NCBI RefSeq assembly: GCF_006345805.1
Contig: NC_043004.1
Location: forward strand, 22,320,001 to 22,384,000
Reading direction: 5' to 3'
DNA length: 64,000 nucleotides
DNA from: Octopus sinensis
Lineage: Eukaryota
Shown here: positions 52,767 to 64,000 of the stretch, one piece after another
Numbering within the stretch: position 1 is the first letter of the stretch
Layout: each line of letters opens with the position of its first letter
Program-made: the position numbers and the translations under genes
Notes under the pieces: generated by a model
The model's database searches: none
The model's input: only the letters and a program-made list of their open reading frames with translations
Told to the model about the DNA's origin: nothing

Positions 52767-53189
52767 TGTGGTGATATGGAAGACATAGACCTGGAGTTTA
52801 TCATGCATGCGAGATGAAAAAAAACTTCTATTTAGTAAGGGCTCAGCATGGGCTAAAAATCCGAATTGTTCAATGTATCGATGAAGTCCTACGACAGTAT
52901 GGAAATCTACGATATTGCATGTGTCTTTGTATTAATAAAGGACTGAGTTAAGGTCTACGGAAACATCTAGAAAATAGAGTTTTTAAAAGGTTAACAGTAA
53001 CAGTGATTTTGAGGCCTAATTCATTGGGAGTATCAATGAGCTTTTTGACTAAATTTATCGAGAGTATGACTATTACAGATATGAGATATTCCTAAACTAT
53101 CGTCTCGGTTATAGTCTGATATAGTGGGAAGGGAACTTGGATCTCGGCGCCGCGATCTACGTACATGATAATAGAGTACTTGACCCACA

Positions 53190-53321
53190 AATGTTGTACT
53201 GCTGTACGTGAAATACTAGGCGTTGACATTTATACCGAGTTTATAGAAAATTCTAAATTTTTTGCCCAAAATAGGGGGTCGTCTTTTACAAGAAATTGGT
53301 TATTACTCGAGTACATGCGGC
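53190..53321 (+). mobile_element. Possible pogo/Tc2-like right end
   Basis: GGGGGTCGTCTTTTAC...TTATTACTCGAGTACATGCGG. Confidence 0.3.
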
Positions 53322-53595
53322 ATATATATATATATATATATATATATCATGCGCATGTGTGTGTGTATGTGTGTGTGTGTGCATGTTTATTCAGTGCCAA
53401 TTAGTTTTACTAAAATGGAGGGGTTACAGGAAATTTATGTTCAATTTAATCTGTTAATTAGATATTTTGAGTAGTCCCACGTGAAACCACTCAATGCAAT
53501 GTAACAGAGTGTGAGAGAGAGAAACAAAGTATGTACTTTTTGTGTGCCTGTGTGTGTCCCTGTGTGTGTGCCTGTATGTGTCCCTGTGTGTGTTC

Positions 53596-53638
<43 letters not shown>

Positions 53639-54565
53639 CGCGTGTGTATGCGCCTGAAGCCGCTTGATCAAGGAAGGAAAGAAAGAGAGGGGTTTGAGCT
53701 AATACCCGAACTTCTAAGTGGGCAATCGATTTCCTATGAATCACCTCCAAAATATACCCTATTGTCTTGGAGTGGACTCTTGGATAATTCACTTCTAGAA
53801 GACAGAATGGTCAAGGCTCGGTTGCCTTTAATGACTAAAACGTTTTATAAGATTTGAACACAATATCCAGCGGACAGATGTTAGGTAAAAGTTTATCTGC
53901 TAAATTCTCGGTCAATTACAAATAGGTAAGAAGCGGAATTGCTTTATCGAAAGTGAGATGTAATTTCTTGAAGATGAGTATGTGTAATAAATTAAATTTA
54001 AAAAAAAAAGAACACTTTTAAAACATTTTATGGGGAATGTATGTTACAGAAAATCAACTTTGAATTGTTTATTGTGCAGGTGAAGACAATTAAATACATC
54101 AGGATATCTATAATACTTAGATATATAGCATATATTTCTGACAGTTTGGATTTTAACATAGCGTGTCTGGAAATAGTTTGTTGATGACAATATTCACCCT
54201 TAATGATATTTATTTATTCCAAGATAGCTCAAGCAACAAAAACTTCTCAATAATATGTCATTTTCATATATTAATAAAGTAAATATTTAAAAGACAAGAC
54301 ACAAATATAACTATATATCAACCAACTTTTGATAAATAAAATTTAGGTATTTTAATATAGAGTTCATTAGTTTATTTCTAGTCGTGCTTATTAATTTAAA
54401 CGTTAACGGATATTTTAGTTCAAAACCGGATTTCATCTTTATGCGTCTCTAAAATATCCTTTCAATCAGATATAAATCTATTCGCAGAGATTTCGTGGCA
54501 TTTAAAACATTTTTTTTTTTCAAATTTTGAATTAAAATAACTTGAAATGATATTATTCTGAAATA

Positions 54566-54601
<36 letters not shown>

Positions 54602-54976
54602 TTGTGTGTGTGTCTGTGTGTGCATGTGTGTGTATGTGTGTGTGTGTACGAATGTATATATGCGTGTGTGTGTACGTATGTATATATGTATGTATGTATA
54701 CATACACACACATTATATATATATGCATATATATGTGTGTATAAATATATACGTTCATATGTGTGTAGATGCACATATGTATATGTACATATGTGTGTGT
54801 ATGTGTATACTCTATATGTATAATGACAGCGAGAACTCATTTATTCTAGATCATGTCATGCACATTTTAATATGTAATTACCTGAGCGTTTCTCTCTTTC
54901 TATCAATCTACCTGTTTGTTTGTCTATCTGTGTTTGGGTGAGCTACGGACGTGATGTGTGTGTATGCGTACGTGTA

Positions 54977-55034
<58 letters not shown>

Positions 55035-55257
55035 CGTGCGTGATTGCAGGTTGAAAGAAGCGGTTCCACGATCAGCTCAGGACTATGTTGAAGGTGAATA
55101 ACAACATTCGTTCAATAGTAGAAGGCATCGCTGACAACCGTTCATTTGTTTGCTACTGGAATGGAATAGTGGAAAATCAAACTCACCACTTTCAGGAGAG
55201 CGAGAATAAAACAAACATACCTGCCCCGCAAATAACTACTCCTTTCTAACAAAATAC

Positions 55258-55458
55258 TGGTTTCAAATTTTGGCACAAGGCCAGCAATTTTGGCGGCTAA
55301 GTAAGTCGATTATCTGGTGATCAACTCATATTTATTTTGTAGACACCGAAGCGATGACAGCTAGATTTTGGCGGAATTTGATCTTAGAACGTAAAGCCGG
55401 ACCAAATGCCAATAACCGTTTGTCCGGCGCCCTAACGGTTCTGCCAGATCTCTGCCTT
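55258..55458 (-). mobile_element. Diverged SINE B-related copy
   Basis: TGGTTTCAAATTTTGGCACAAGGCCAGC tail; GGCGGAATTTGATCTTAGAACG. Confidence 0.7.
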
Positions 55459-56353
55459 GTGTTCGTGTACAATATTGTACCTGTTATAAGATTTTACTTC
55501 CGATGTCTTCTTACTCTTCTCGGTGCAGTGCTTATATAAATATGTATGTATGTATGTATGTATATGTATAAATGTGTGTGCGTATGTATGTGTATGAGGG
55601 AGAGAGAGTGGGGGGAGAGAGGAAGAGAGAGATAAAGAAGTTCGTACTCTCCATTCTTCGAAAGGAATGGATAAATTACGAAATATTGAAATTATAGAAT
55701 TACTGAACAAAGAAAAAACAAAATCTGTAGGTTGTTTGCCAAATATATATATGCACATATGTTTAAATTGTAATCCACTGTTTGATAAATACATTGGTAT
55801 TTGAATCCATATCTATATGTATTTGGGGATAAGCAGGAAAATATATATAGGACGGCATAAAAATATACGCAGATATAAATATAATAAACCCAAGCATATA
55901 CATTTGTGTAATGAAGATTTATGAATACGTAATTTATTGAAGCATTAGTAAAAAAGAAAAGAAAAAGAAGACTTCATGACAATAAAAGATAAAAAAAAAG
56001 AAATTCAATGAATATTGGCTAAGATAATAATTGGAAGGAAGAAGTACTATTTTCTGTATTTTAAAGAATATGAATGCATATGTATATAAATGCGAACTTA
56101 TGCGGAAAGCAACAAATATTGTCATTTTCCACAATATGCACACAGACACACACATAGACACGCACGCACACACACCACAAACATATATATGCGTTGAATG
56201 GTGATGTTACATACACTAAACGAATTAAATCTATAGAAATACATATATTTTGAATGGTGCGTGAATAATTTCTCCTCTCCAAAACATATACAGACAAATA
56301 GAGAACCTAAGAGACGTACATTCAGATAACATTGTGTTTTGTTTTATTTATTA

Positions 56354-56738
56354 CTAGCAGTATCGCCCGGCGTTGCTCGGGTTTGTAAGGGAAATAACTA
56401 TAAAGCATTTTTAGAGAGTTATAGCCAAAAAATAGCAAAAAAATGGAAAAAAATGATGGTAAATTTTTTTTTGAGATCTAAAAAAGGTGGAGTTGCGTCC
56501 CCTAGACAGTTTGTGGTTCGTGTTTCTGATTCTCGACCCCATGTCGAATTTATCGATTTTTTTCAGAACTGGGGGAACTTTTCAAAATTTTCGCTGCGTT
56601 AGTTTTGAATTATGACATTGGGCTATGTGTGTGTCAAGTTTCATCAGAATCGGTTGAAAGCCGTGGTCAGGGTGAGGGTACAAGCAAACAGACACACAGA
56701 AACAGGCACAGACAAACTGCCGTTTATATAGAGAGAGA
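56354..56738 (-). mobile_element. Non-autonomous Helitron, same 3' end but different body
   Basis: CTAGCAGTATCGCCCGGCGTTGCTCGGG terminus; reverse strand starts A/TC. Confidence 0.85.
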
Positions 56739-56751
56739 TTATTTAAAAGCT

Positions 56752-57170
56752 AAAGGGTAGCCAGCTTGCAGAATCGTTACTACGCCGAACAAATTGCCGA
56801 ACGAAGTTTCTTCCGATTTGACGTCCCGTGTTCAAATTCCGCTGGAGTTAACTTTGCGTTTCATCATTTCAATTTATATATTTTGCGATGTCGATAAAAT
56901 AAGTACCATCTGAGCACTAGGATTCTTCCCAAATATTTCAGACCTGGTGCCTATAGTAGAAAGAATTATTTGAAATCTATGTAAGGCTAACTGGTAGAAT
57001 CGCTCACGTGTTCGACAAAATGTTTAACGGCGTTTCTTTCGGCTCTGTACATGCTAATAAGTCTTGCTGATGCCATCTCTGCCTTTCATCCCTCTGGGAT
57101 CGATAGGATAAAAGCCATTTGATCACTGGCATTTGATTCCTGGTAAAATTGCTAGCTGTGTACCAAAATT
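56752..57170 (+). mobile_element. Two tandem diverged SINE B-related copies
   Basis: GCAGAATCGTTAC and GTAGAATCGCTC heads; TTTGCGTTTCATC and CTGCCTTTCATCC. Confidence 0.55.
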
Positions 57171-57263
57171 TGTAGCCAATTTTTAAATAATATGACAGGA
57201 CCGTGGATTAGTGTAACGGTTTGAGTATCGAAAACATTATGAGTGGCTGTGTAGTAAGTAGCT

Positions 57264-58077
57264 AGCGGGTTAGTGGAGGTTAAGTCCGAAGACGCCTTGG
57301 GAGAGACCCTGGGCTACGTTGAAAATCAGTTGGTCAACCTGTACCGGAAAACGTTCGGGCCGAGGTATCTGGATAATTACCAGAAATCCCTGGCCTGGCA
57401 GTGTTTCCGTGCGGCGTTACCTGTTCGCGACAAGCTGTCAAGGCACGGACGTGCCGTCTCGCCGACATGTTCGTGATGTGAGCGAGATAGGGAAACCGTC
57501 TTGCACGTATTCATGGAGTGCCCGGAGTTATCGGGACTGATTGCTTTTGTCGAACAACTGTTGTCAGTAAGTGGTAGAGTACAGCTATCAGCGGAGTCTA
57601 TCATTGAGATTGTGCCACCTCCTTTCCTCAGCAGGGAAAAGAAGGCTTGTTTTTCCTGCGTAGTAGCCATACTGAAAGAAACAGTATGGAAGAGGCGTAC
57701 GAAATGTATAGTGACAGGTACCTTTTTATCCGGCTGGGGGTTGGTTAACTTTTTTAGTTACCACCTCGGTAGTAAGATCAGGCAGCAGAAGAGGTGTCTG
57801 TCACGAGATATGTTAGTGAAAAGATGGAAGCCTGTGGCTTGCAAGCTGGGTATGTTTGGCACCAGGTAAGTGTGGCCGGATCAAGAAGTAAAGGTTCTAC
57901 CCAGATGGCTGGGTTCCTTGCCCTACTATGTAACATTAAATTTGTAAACTTTCATTGAAATTTTTACCCATCATATTGTAAATTTTTAAAACATTTTAAG
58001 CTAATTCACCCTATATGTTTCTCAATCCTTGTCTGTCTTCTCTATGTAACGCCTTAAGTGCGAATTTTCATGAAATA
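57264..58077 (+). mobile_element. 5'-truncated Tx1/L1-clade LINE (ORF2 C-terminal zinc finger plus 3' UTR)
   Basis: KSLAWQCFRAALPVRDKL...CS*CERDRETVLHVFMEC in one frame with a single TGA at 57474; ends AATAAA. Confidence 0.85.
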
Positions 58078-58092
58078 AAGTAGCTTGCTTAC

Positions 58093-60146
58093 AGGTCGAT
58101 TCTGCGCATGTGCGAGTCAGTATTGTGTTTGGCATTGAAGCGGTGAGAGATGCTTTTGAAGCCGTCTCGAGTCGAAAAATTTTGAAGCTCCATGCTTCTG
58201 TTTTTTGGGGTTCAGTGGGAATTTTTGTTGAGATTTTTTTTTTGTACAGGCAGGAAGTCCTACAGGATTCGGAATTCTGGTTCTGCCGGCATGGAGCGAA
58301 TATTTGTTCTCGTTTAATTGTGAGAATTTTTGTTTGGGGGCGTATTCATCTTCCTAGTTATCGGTTTATGTTGAGTGAATATTTTTCTCACTTAATTATG
58401 AGAATTGTTGCTTGGAGGAGTGTTGTGCCTACTAAAAATTTGTTCATTTTTGAAGAATTTAAAAATAATTGTGAGAACTGCTGTTTGGGGGAGTGTCTTT
58501 GCCTCCGAAGATTGAACAAATTTTCTCCCGCCTTTATTGAAGATGTGCAGCTGGTCGACGTCAGGGTGAGCGGGTTTGTTTTTTCTGAGCTGGGTAAAAT
58601 TATTGTCTTATTTTTATTACAGTATATTCTGCCCTACTCTGAGACATTTTCGCTTACTCTTGGCGGTGAATTTGTTGCTTGTTTTGCAAGCAAAGTGTGT
58701 GGGGGGGCTTGTTGTCGGAGGGCTTGTTTGAACAGCCCGGGAAGCAACCAGGAATTATTTGATGTAAATTGTTGTTTTTCTACAGTGGAGAAAAATTGAA
58801 GAAGAATTATTGTTGTTTTCAAACCAACTAAGAGGTTTCAAAAACTATGGATTTGAAGAAGAGATTAAACATTTTTTTTTACTTAGTTACAAGCAAAGAA
58901 CTTGATTTTACCATCAAATTGAGAGCTGCAAAGGAGCCGAGATCGAATAGGGCCGGAGTACCATTGTGGCCTGAATTTTATTTTTCTGCCTGTAACTATA
59001 TATTTTTATTCACTCTTTGTGAACTGTTGTTTTTTCTTTTTCTTTCTTTTATGAACTATTTTTGGTATGAACTATTATTTTCATTTCTTCCGCCTTTATT
59101 GAATAGTTTTCTCTATTTTTCCTATGTTTAGAATTTTTGTTTGTTGTTTATTTTATGTGGACATTTTAATATGAAGGAAAATAAGGCTACCACTTTGGAG
59201 TTGGAGATTGTCCCACCCAAGCAGTGGCTTGAAAACCTTAAGAGGAGGACGGTGGTACTACGGATCTATTCTAGGTCACGTGACGCCATCGACCCCTTCG
59301 ACAAGAGTATCATTGATAAAGAGCTGGCAAAATGTTTGCCAGCAAAAAATTACTTTATGCCCAGAGGTGTCGGGTATGCAACGGTATGGAGAAAGTAGTG
59401 GAGGCGGTTGCCTCACCGAAAAGGGAAAGAAAGGCGAGCAACGATGGTTGCTCACCAAAAGAGGAGGCAAACCTCACGGATAATCTGATAGAGGCCCTGA
59501 CCACCGCGAGCCCACAGAAGAGAAATTAAAGAAAACGAAAAATGGGAGACGGTCGGCGGAGGTTGATGTGCCGCCGACAGATCCCAATGATCTGCCAGTG
59601 GGATGTGTGCCACCGGCAGAAAAGACTCTGTCAGTGGAAATTGTGCCACTGACAGGGCAGGCCGAGGCCCCTCCCAGTGAGGAAGAAGTGGAACCCGTCA
59701 TTTTCTATCACAAGGGAGGAGATGTCGAGAGATTCTTGAACAGGCTTCTCGACCGACAACGTTACGACTCGGTCTGCATTGACTGTCGAAGTTGGGCTCC
59801 TCAGATGACTGCGGAGGTCATAACACAAAAACAACTTTTTTAGGTCTTTGTGACCTTTGGAAAATAATAATTTGCTTTTCTTCCGATGCAGGCTTTCCTA
59901 CAAGCGACAGGGAACGTATGCAGGGATTCGGATGAGAAAGAGGAAGATTAAGAAAAATTTTGTAATTTTTGTGATATTTTGTGTAAAATTGAATAGAAGA
60001 ACAGTGATTTCGAGGGGTTATCGGACAGTGGGCGCCGGTGCCCCTCCCATTTTTGTTCATCATTATCATCCTCAACTCATTAATGTTTTTGTCCAGCCCG
60101 CAGCTACTCATCTGTGAACGGCTTTCATGGCTAATTTTATGAATAA
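58093..60146 (+). mobile_element. Internally deleted LINE-like element (T-rich 5' region, broken ORF1-like frames 59171-59843, 3' end), probably Tx1-related
   Basis: Bounded by identical AAGTAGCTTGCTTAC at 58078-58092 and 60147-60161; ends AATTTTATGAATAAA like element 1; no RT motif seen. Confidence 0.65.
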
Positions 60147-60544
60147 AAGTAGCTTGCTTACCAACCACATGGTTCCGGGTTCGGTCCCACTGCGTGGCAT
60201 CTTGGGGAAGTGTCTTCTACTATAGCCTCGAGCCGACCAAAGTCTTGAGTGGATTTGGTAGACGGAAACTGAAAGAAGCTCGTCGAATGCATGTATATGT
60301 ATATATGTATGTGTGCGTGTATATGTTTGTGTGTCTGTGTTTTTCCTTCCCCACATCGCTTAATAATCGATGCTGGTTTGTTTACGTCCCCGTAACATAG
60401 TGGTTGGCAAAAGAGACCGATAGAATAAGTACTAGGCTTATAAAAAATAAGTCCCTGGGGTCGATTTGTTGGATTAAAGGCGGTGCTCCAGCATGGCCGC
60501 AGTCAAATGACTGAAACAAGTAAAAGAGTAGTTACCTTCCGGTT

Positions 60545-61135
60545 TCATTCCCTGCCGTAGTCAACTTTGCTTTGCATTCTTTTGCGACTACCGAAGCAGC
60601 AACAGTGAGATCCTTGGTAACTCACTTTTCTCGTAGATATGTTGACACCACTGGCCCCTGAACCCCTGAGGCATTGGAGAATCGGTGCAACACCATTCCC
60701 AAGACTGAACCTTCCTTTGCGGACCATAAAGATACACCCACGATTCATTCTTATCACAAGATAGCAAAAAAACTTGTCTTCATCGAGTACAAACGCTTCC
60801 AGCAAATCAGAGTAGACTTACAAAATTCTCTTCTGATAATCGGGCGTCAACTACGAATGAACCAATTTTGTATGCCCCAAATATTTTCATGCCCCAAATC
60901 TTCCGTCATTTTCTGTAACACGTTTTCATCACAAGTCAGTTGTGTAAGAAGCTTATTGATTATAACTAGCCTTTCTGTCGAATCCCTTTCATCATTCGTA
61001 GGTGTTTTGTGTCCATGGTCATAGCCGATTATCTTCCACTGCGTGTTTTGTCTTCGATGCCGGATTCTTCGTCTTTAAACTTCTTGTCCGACTGTACACG
61101 TGGTCATTAAGTGATATAATCTTTGTACAGTCAGA
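60545..61135 (-). mobile_element. Degraded mariner transposase, central part
   Basis: Minus frame LSCDKNESWVYLYGPQRKVQSWEW matches the mariner TGDESWVYxYDPExKxQSxEW motif. Confidence 0.7.
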
Positions 61136-61139
61136 GCAT

Positions 61140-62140
61140 GGTGTTTCTACATAGAAAAAAGCATTATTTGCAATGAACAAAACAAGAAGAGTTTTCATTG
61201 AGCAAGATTTAATCTACCAGTCTGTGAAATTATAAAGAATTGTAAAGTAATTAATAGTTAAATTCACACCTGTATTATTTACGAAGTAACCTATGTATTA
61301 TTTTCTGTTCTAATTTATCTAAATTCTTCCTCTGGGGAAGGAATTAGTTTCTCAGAAACAAAGCTCCATTATTGGAATGTAGATAACAAAAACAATGTCA
61401 CATTTTAAACTTGAGAAAATATTTGCATAATTTTACTGTTCCACTTCTAAATCGTATTCAAATTGTGCGAGATACTTGGTTGATTCCTTTTTCTGAAAAG
61501 TCTACCTTTTGCAGATTGTCACTTAAGCATTTACACAAAAGTCAAGAGCACGAATTATTACTGGTATAAATATTGGTTTAAATGTGAATTCATAATCTTA
61601 AGTTTCGAAGTTGTCAGTCCAAAGGTATATTTTTTCGCTTTGATTTCCAAAGACACATTCACATCAGTGGGACAGATAACCTCTATGCTGGCATATATTT
61701 TTTCTTGTCTGTCACAAACAACAGCATACGCCCTGTTATGTTCCCACTTCAGAAATGTGACGGGGATGTTCCAACAGTATTCGTTGGGTTAATGTGTGTG
61801 TATGTATTCAAAATTGGGGATTCTTTATATTTATTCCAGAGCCGTCTTGTTAAAAAATGGAAGTGTATATGGGTTTCGCAACAAAGTCATGTCGCATAGG
61901 AAGGTAGTAACTTGGATGACATTCATGGACAGCTACTGATAACATATGGGATATCTTCCACATAAATATGACCAAATCTACATTTTCGGTTGCATCTTGG
62001 AACTCCAAGGGTTTCGCTGTCTCTTTCGTTTATTAGATATTTAGTAGCATTGTCTCTTCTTGGATTGCAAATGCATATGTATGTATGTATTCGAATGACA
62101 CTCAATCTGCATTTATAGTCGTTTCACTGTCTCTTGTTCA
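61140..62140 (-). mobile_element. R4/Dong-like LINE 3' fragment
   Basis: Shares GAAACAAAGCTCC...GTAGATAACAA.AACAATGTCA with 40150-41180; KTRLWNKYKE and NTVGTSPSHF remnants. Confidence 0.7.
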
Positions 62141-62489
62141 GTATTTCGTATCTATGTTGAAGTCTTATATTGCAAAAGCGTAGCCATTGATATATAATGG
62201 GTTGAAATGGTCACCACCCTATGGGATGCTACAATTAACATTGATATTATCGCATTTTTTCAACTGTATGAGAAATATACACAAGCATAACTATTTAATG
62301 GTATGCAATATGTCTTTCGTCTTGGCCTTTGCTGTGATAATGTCATCCTGCTCCTTTCAAGTTCACTTCAGGAATACTTATTGGAAAATTCACTACTAAA
62401 CATATAGGAGACTATTCACGCCACTTTCGGTGATTGGTTGATGAAATATTTACCTTCATAATGCATACGCACTTACATATATTTATACG

Positions 62490-62572
<83 letters not shown>

Positions 62573-63573
62573 ATGTATGTTCGTATGTAAGTGCCTATGT
62601 ATTTGTGTGCAACCATTCATGCTATCCGTATGGCAATTTGCGTATTGACTTATGTATATATGCATCAGTAAATGTTTTGTATATTGGTACATCTTTGAGT
62701 GTACATACTAGTTGCTATGTTAACCTTGCTATATGTATGTATGTTTGCTTGTGTGTATATGTGTGTCTATGGATATACGTTTTCTACTTTAGTAGAGGTA
62801 AAATTAATAGTGTCTGTACGCTAGTGTGTTTGTGTGTGCATGTGAGCGTGTGTATGTCTGCATGTGTGCATGAGTGCGCATGTGTGCACATGTTTATGCA
62901 TATGTTTGTAAATATATTATTTACTATTTTCCAATTTCTTTGCCATGGAAATTGCTGTAATTTGTTCTGTAATCTTCATTAATATTCCGAACAAGCTGTC
63001 GTTACCATTTAATTCAGACACAAAATAACGAAATTCATCCGCTGCAATCATATTGTCGCGAAGTTTTTTTTCTTGGGTAATGAAATCACCCTGAACAAGA
63101 TGCCATATGGAACTGACATGTTTAAAAGACAGTCTTATGATAATGACCAAATTGCAAAATAAAATATAAGGAGGGAATGAGGTCTTATATTACAAGACAA
63201 GTTTTCTTAATATTCGAATTACAATCATGTTGCGAACTTATAAAAAAATTATTTCCTAACAATTCTAAGAAAAAATAATTTCGTATGTATTCTAAAAACA
63301 TTACTCGTATTAAAATCTAATTGAAATAATGCAAATTATGTCCGTTCAGTGGTGAATTACTACAGAGTATTATAACTTTCTTTCCATACACATAATATAA
63401 ATTGCAAAAGTTTAAAATGTAAAATGATTCAATTATCATTTACTATCCATCAAGACGGTGAGTGATACTCAACATTTTTGATTGGCGTTAAATTATGGAT
63501 GGATTTTCATGGACATACACTGACAATTTAGGAAAAGAACAACTACATGTTAATAGTATATATGCATACATAC

Positions 63574-63687
<114 letters not shown>

Positions 63688-64000
63688 TAATAATCCATGG
63701 ATAGAATTTATAAATATTTTAATATATCGCTACGCGCATTTCCAAGAATCATATGTTTTTCGTGACCAATCACATAAAATTGCTGTTGCAGGGTGGAATT
63801 ACGAGGCCGTAGCCGACATCATAAAATAGCAAATTTTATATGCCCTTACAATAATGAATATGATAATGTAAGCAGTGGCACGGAGATATAAAGTTCAACT
63901 GGTTATAATGATATTAACTATTTAAGCAAATAATATTAAAATGTTAGATTTTGAAATGTTTGTGAAAATATATGTGTATTGGGAATAGATAAGTAAAATA

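Larger units (their letters stand above)
57241..60530 (+). mobile_element. SINE family A split in its head (57241-57263, 60147-60530) by two LINE insertions
   Basis: GAGTGGCTGTGTAGTAAGTAGCT ... AAGTAGCTTGCTTACCAACCACATGG; the two parts join to give the intact consensus. Confidence 0.9.

Noticed and set aside
52875-52920. CGATGAAGTCC...GGAAATCTACGAT as a hammerhead
   Set aside because: Core and stem II junction are out of register; too weak to support
55180-55250. Minus-strand micro-exon reading KGVVICGAG (Rossmann-like)
   Set aside because: Abuts a SINE tail and no in-frame downstream exon with a credible intron length was found
58110-59131. 229-aa and 94-aa plus-strand ORFs as genes
   Set aside because: Phe/Leu-rich reads of the T-rich leader inside a target-duplication-bounded element; no domain recognised

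Overview
AT-rich, repeat-dominated eukaryotic DNA. The tRNA-derived SINE families, the 5S sequence and the dense (TA)n/(TATG)n/(CA)n tracts suggest an octopus or other cephalopod genome (inference from recalled repeat families, no database search). I recognise no intact named protein-coding gene; nearly all ORF-track entries are microsatellite or transposon translations. Contents: many SINEs of several families, R4/Dong-, CR1- and Tx1-like LINE fragments, Tc1/mariner, hAT and MULE relics, three non-autonomous Helitrons, and a few weak candidate exons. Four observations stand out. (1) A canonical type I hammerhead ribozyme (401-470) sits in a 352-bp direct-repeat unit embedded in (TA)n, and at least three other unrelated short element families carry variant minimal hammerhead motifs with palindromic stem III. 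(2) Two Tx1-like retroelements are stacked at one site inside the tRNA-like head of a SINE, with a 15-bp target duplication (57241-60530). (3) A full-length 5S rRNA copy is fused to a SINE 3' tail (44307-44497). (4) A roughly 510-bp palindrome is built from inverted hammerhead-bearing repeats (7900-8410). All structures were read by eye.
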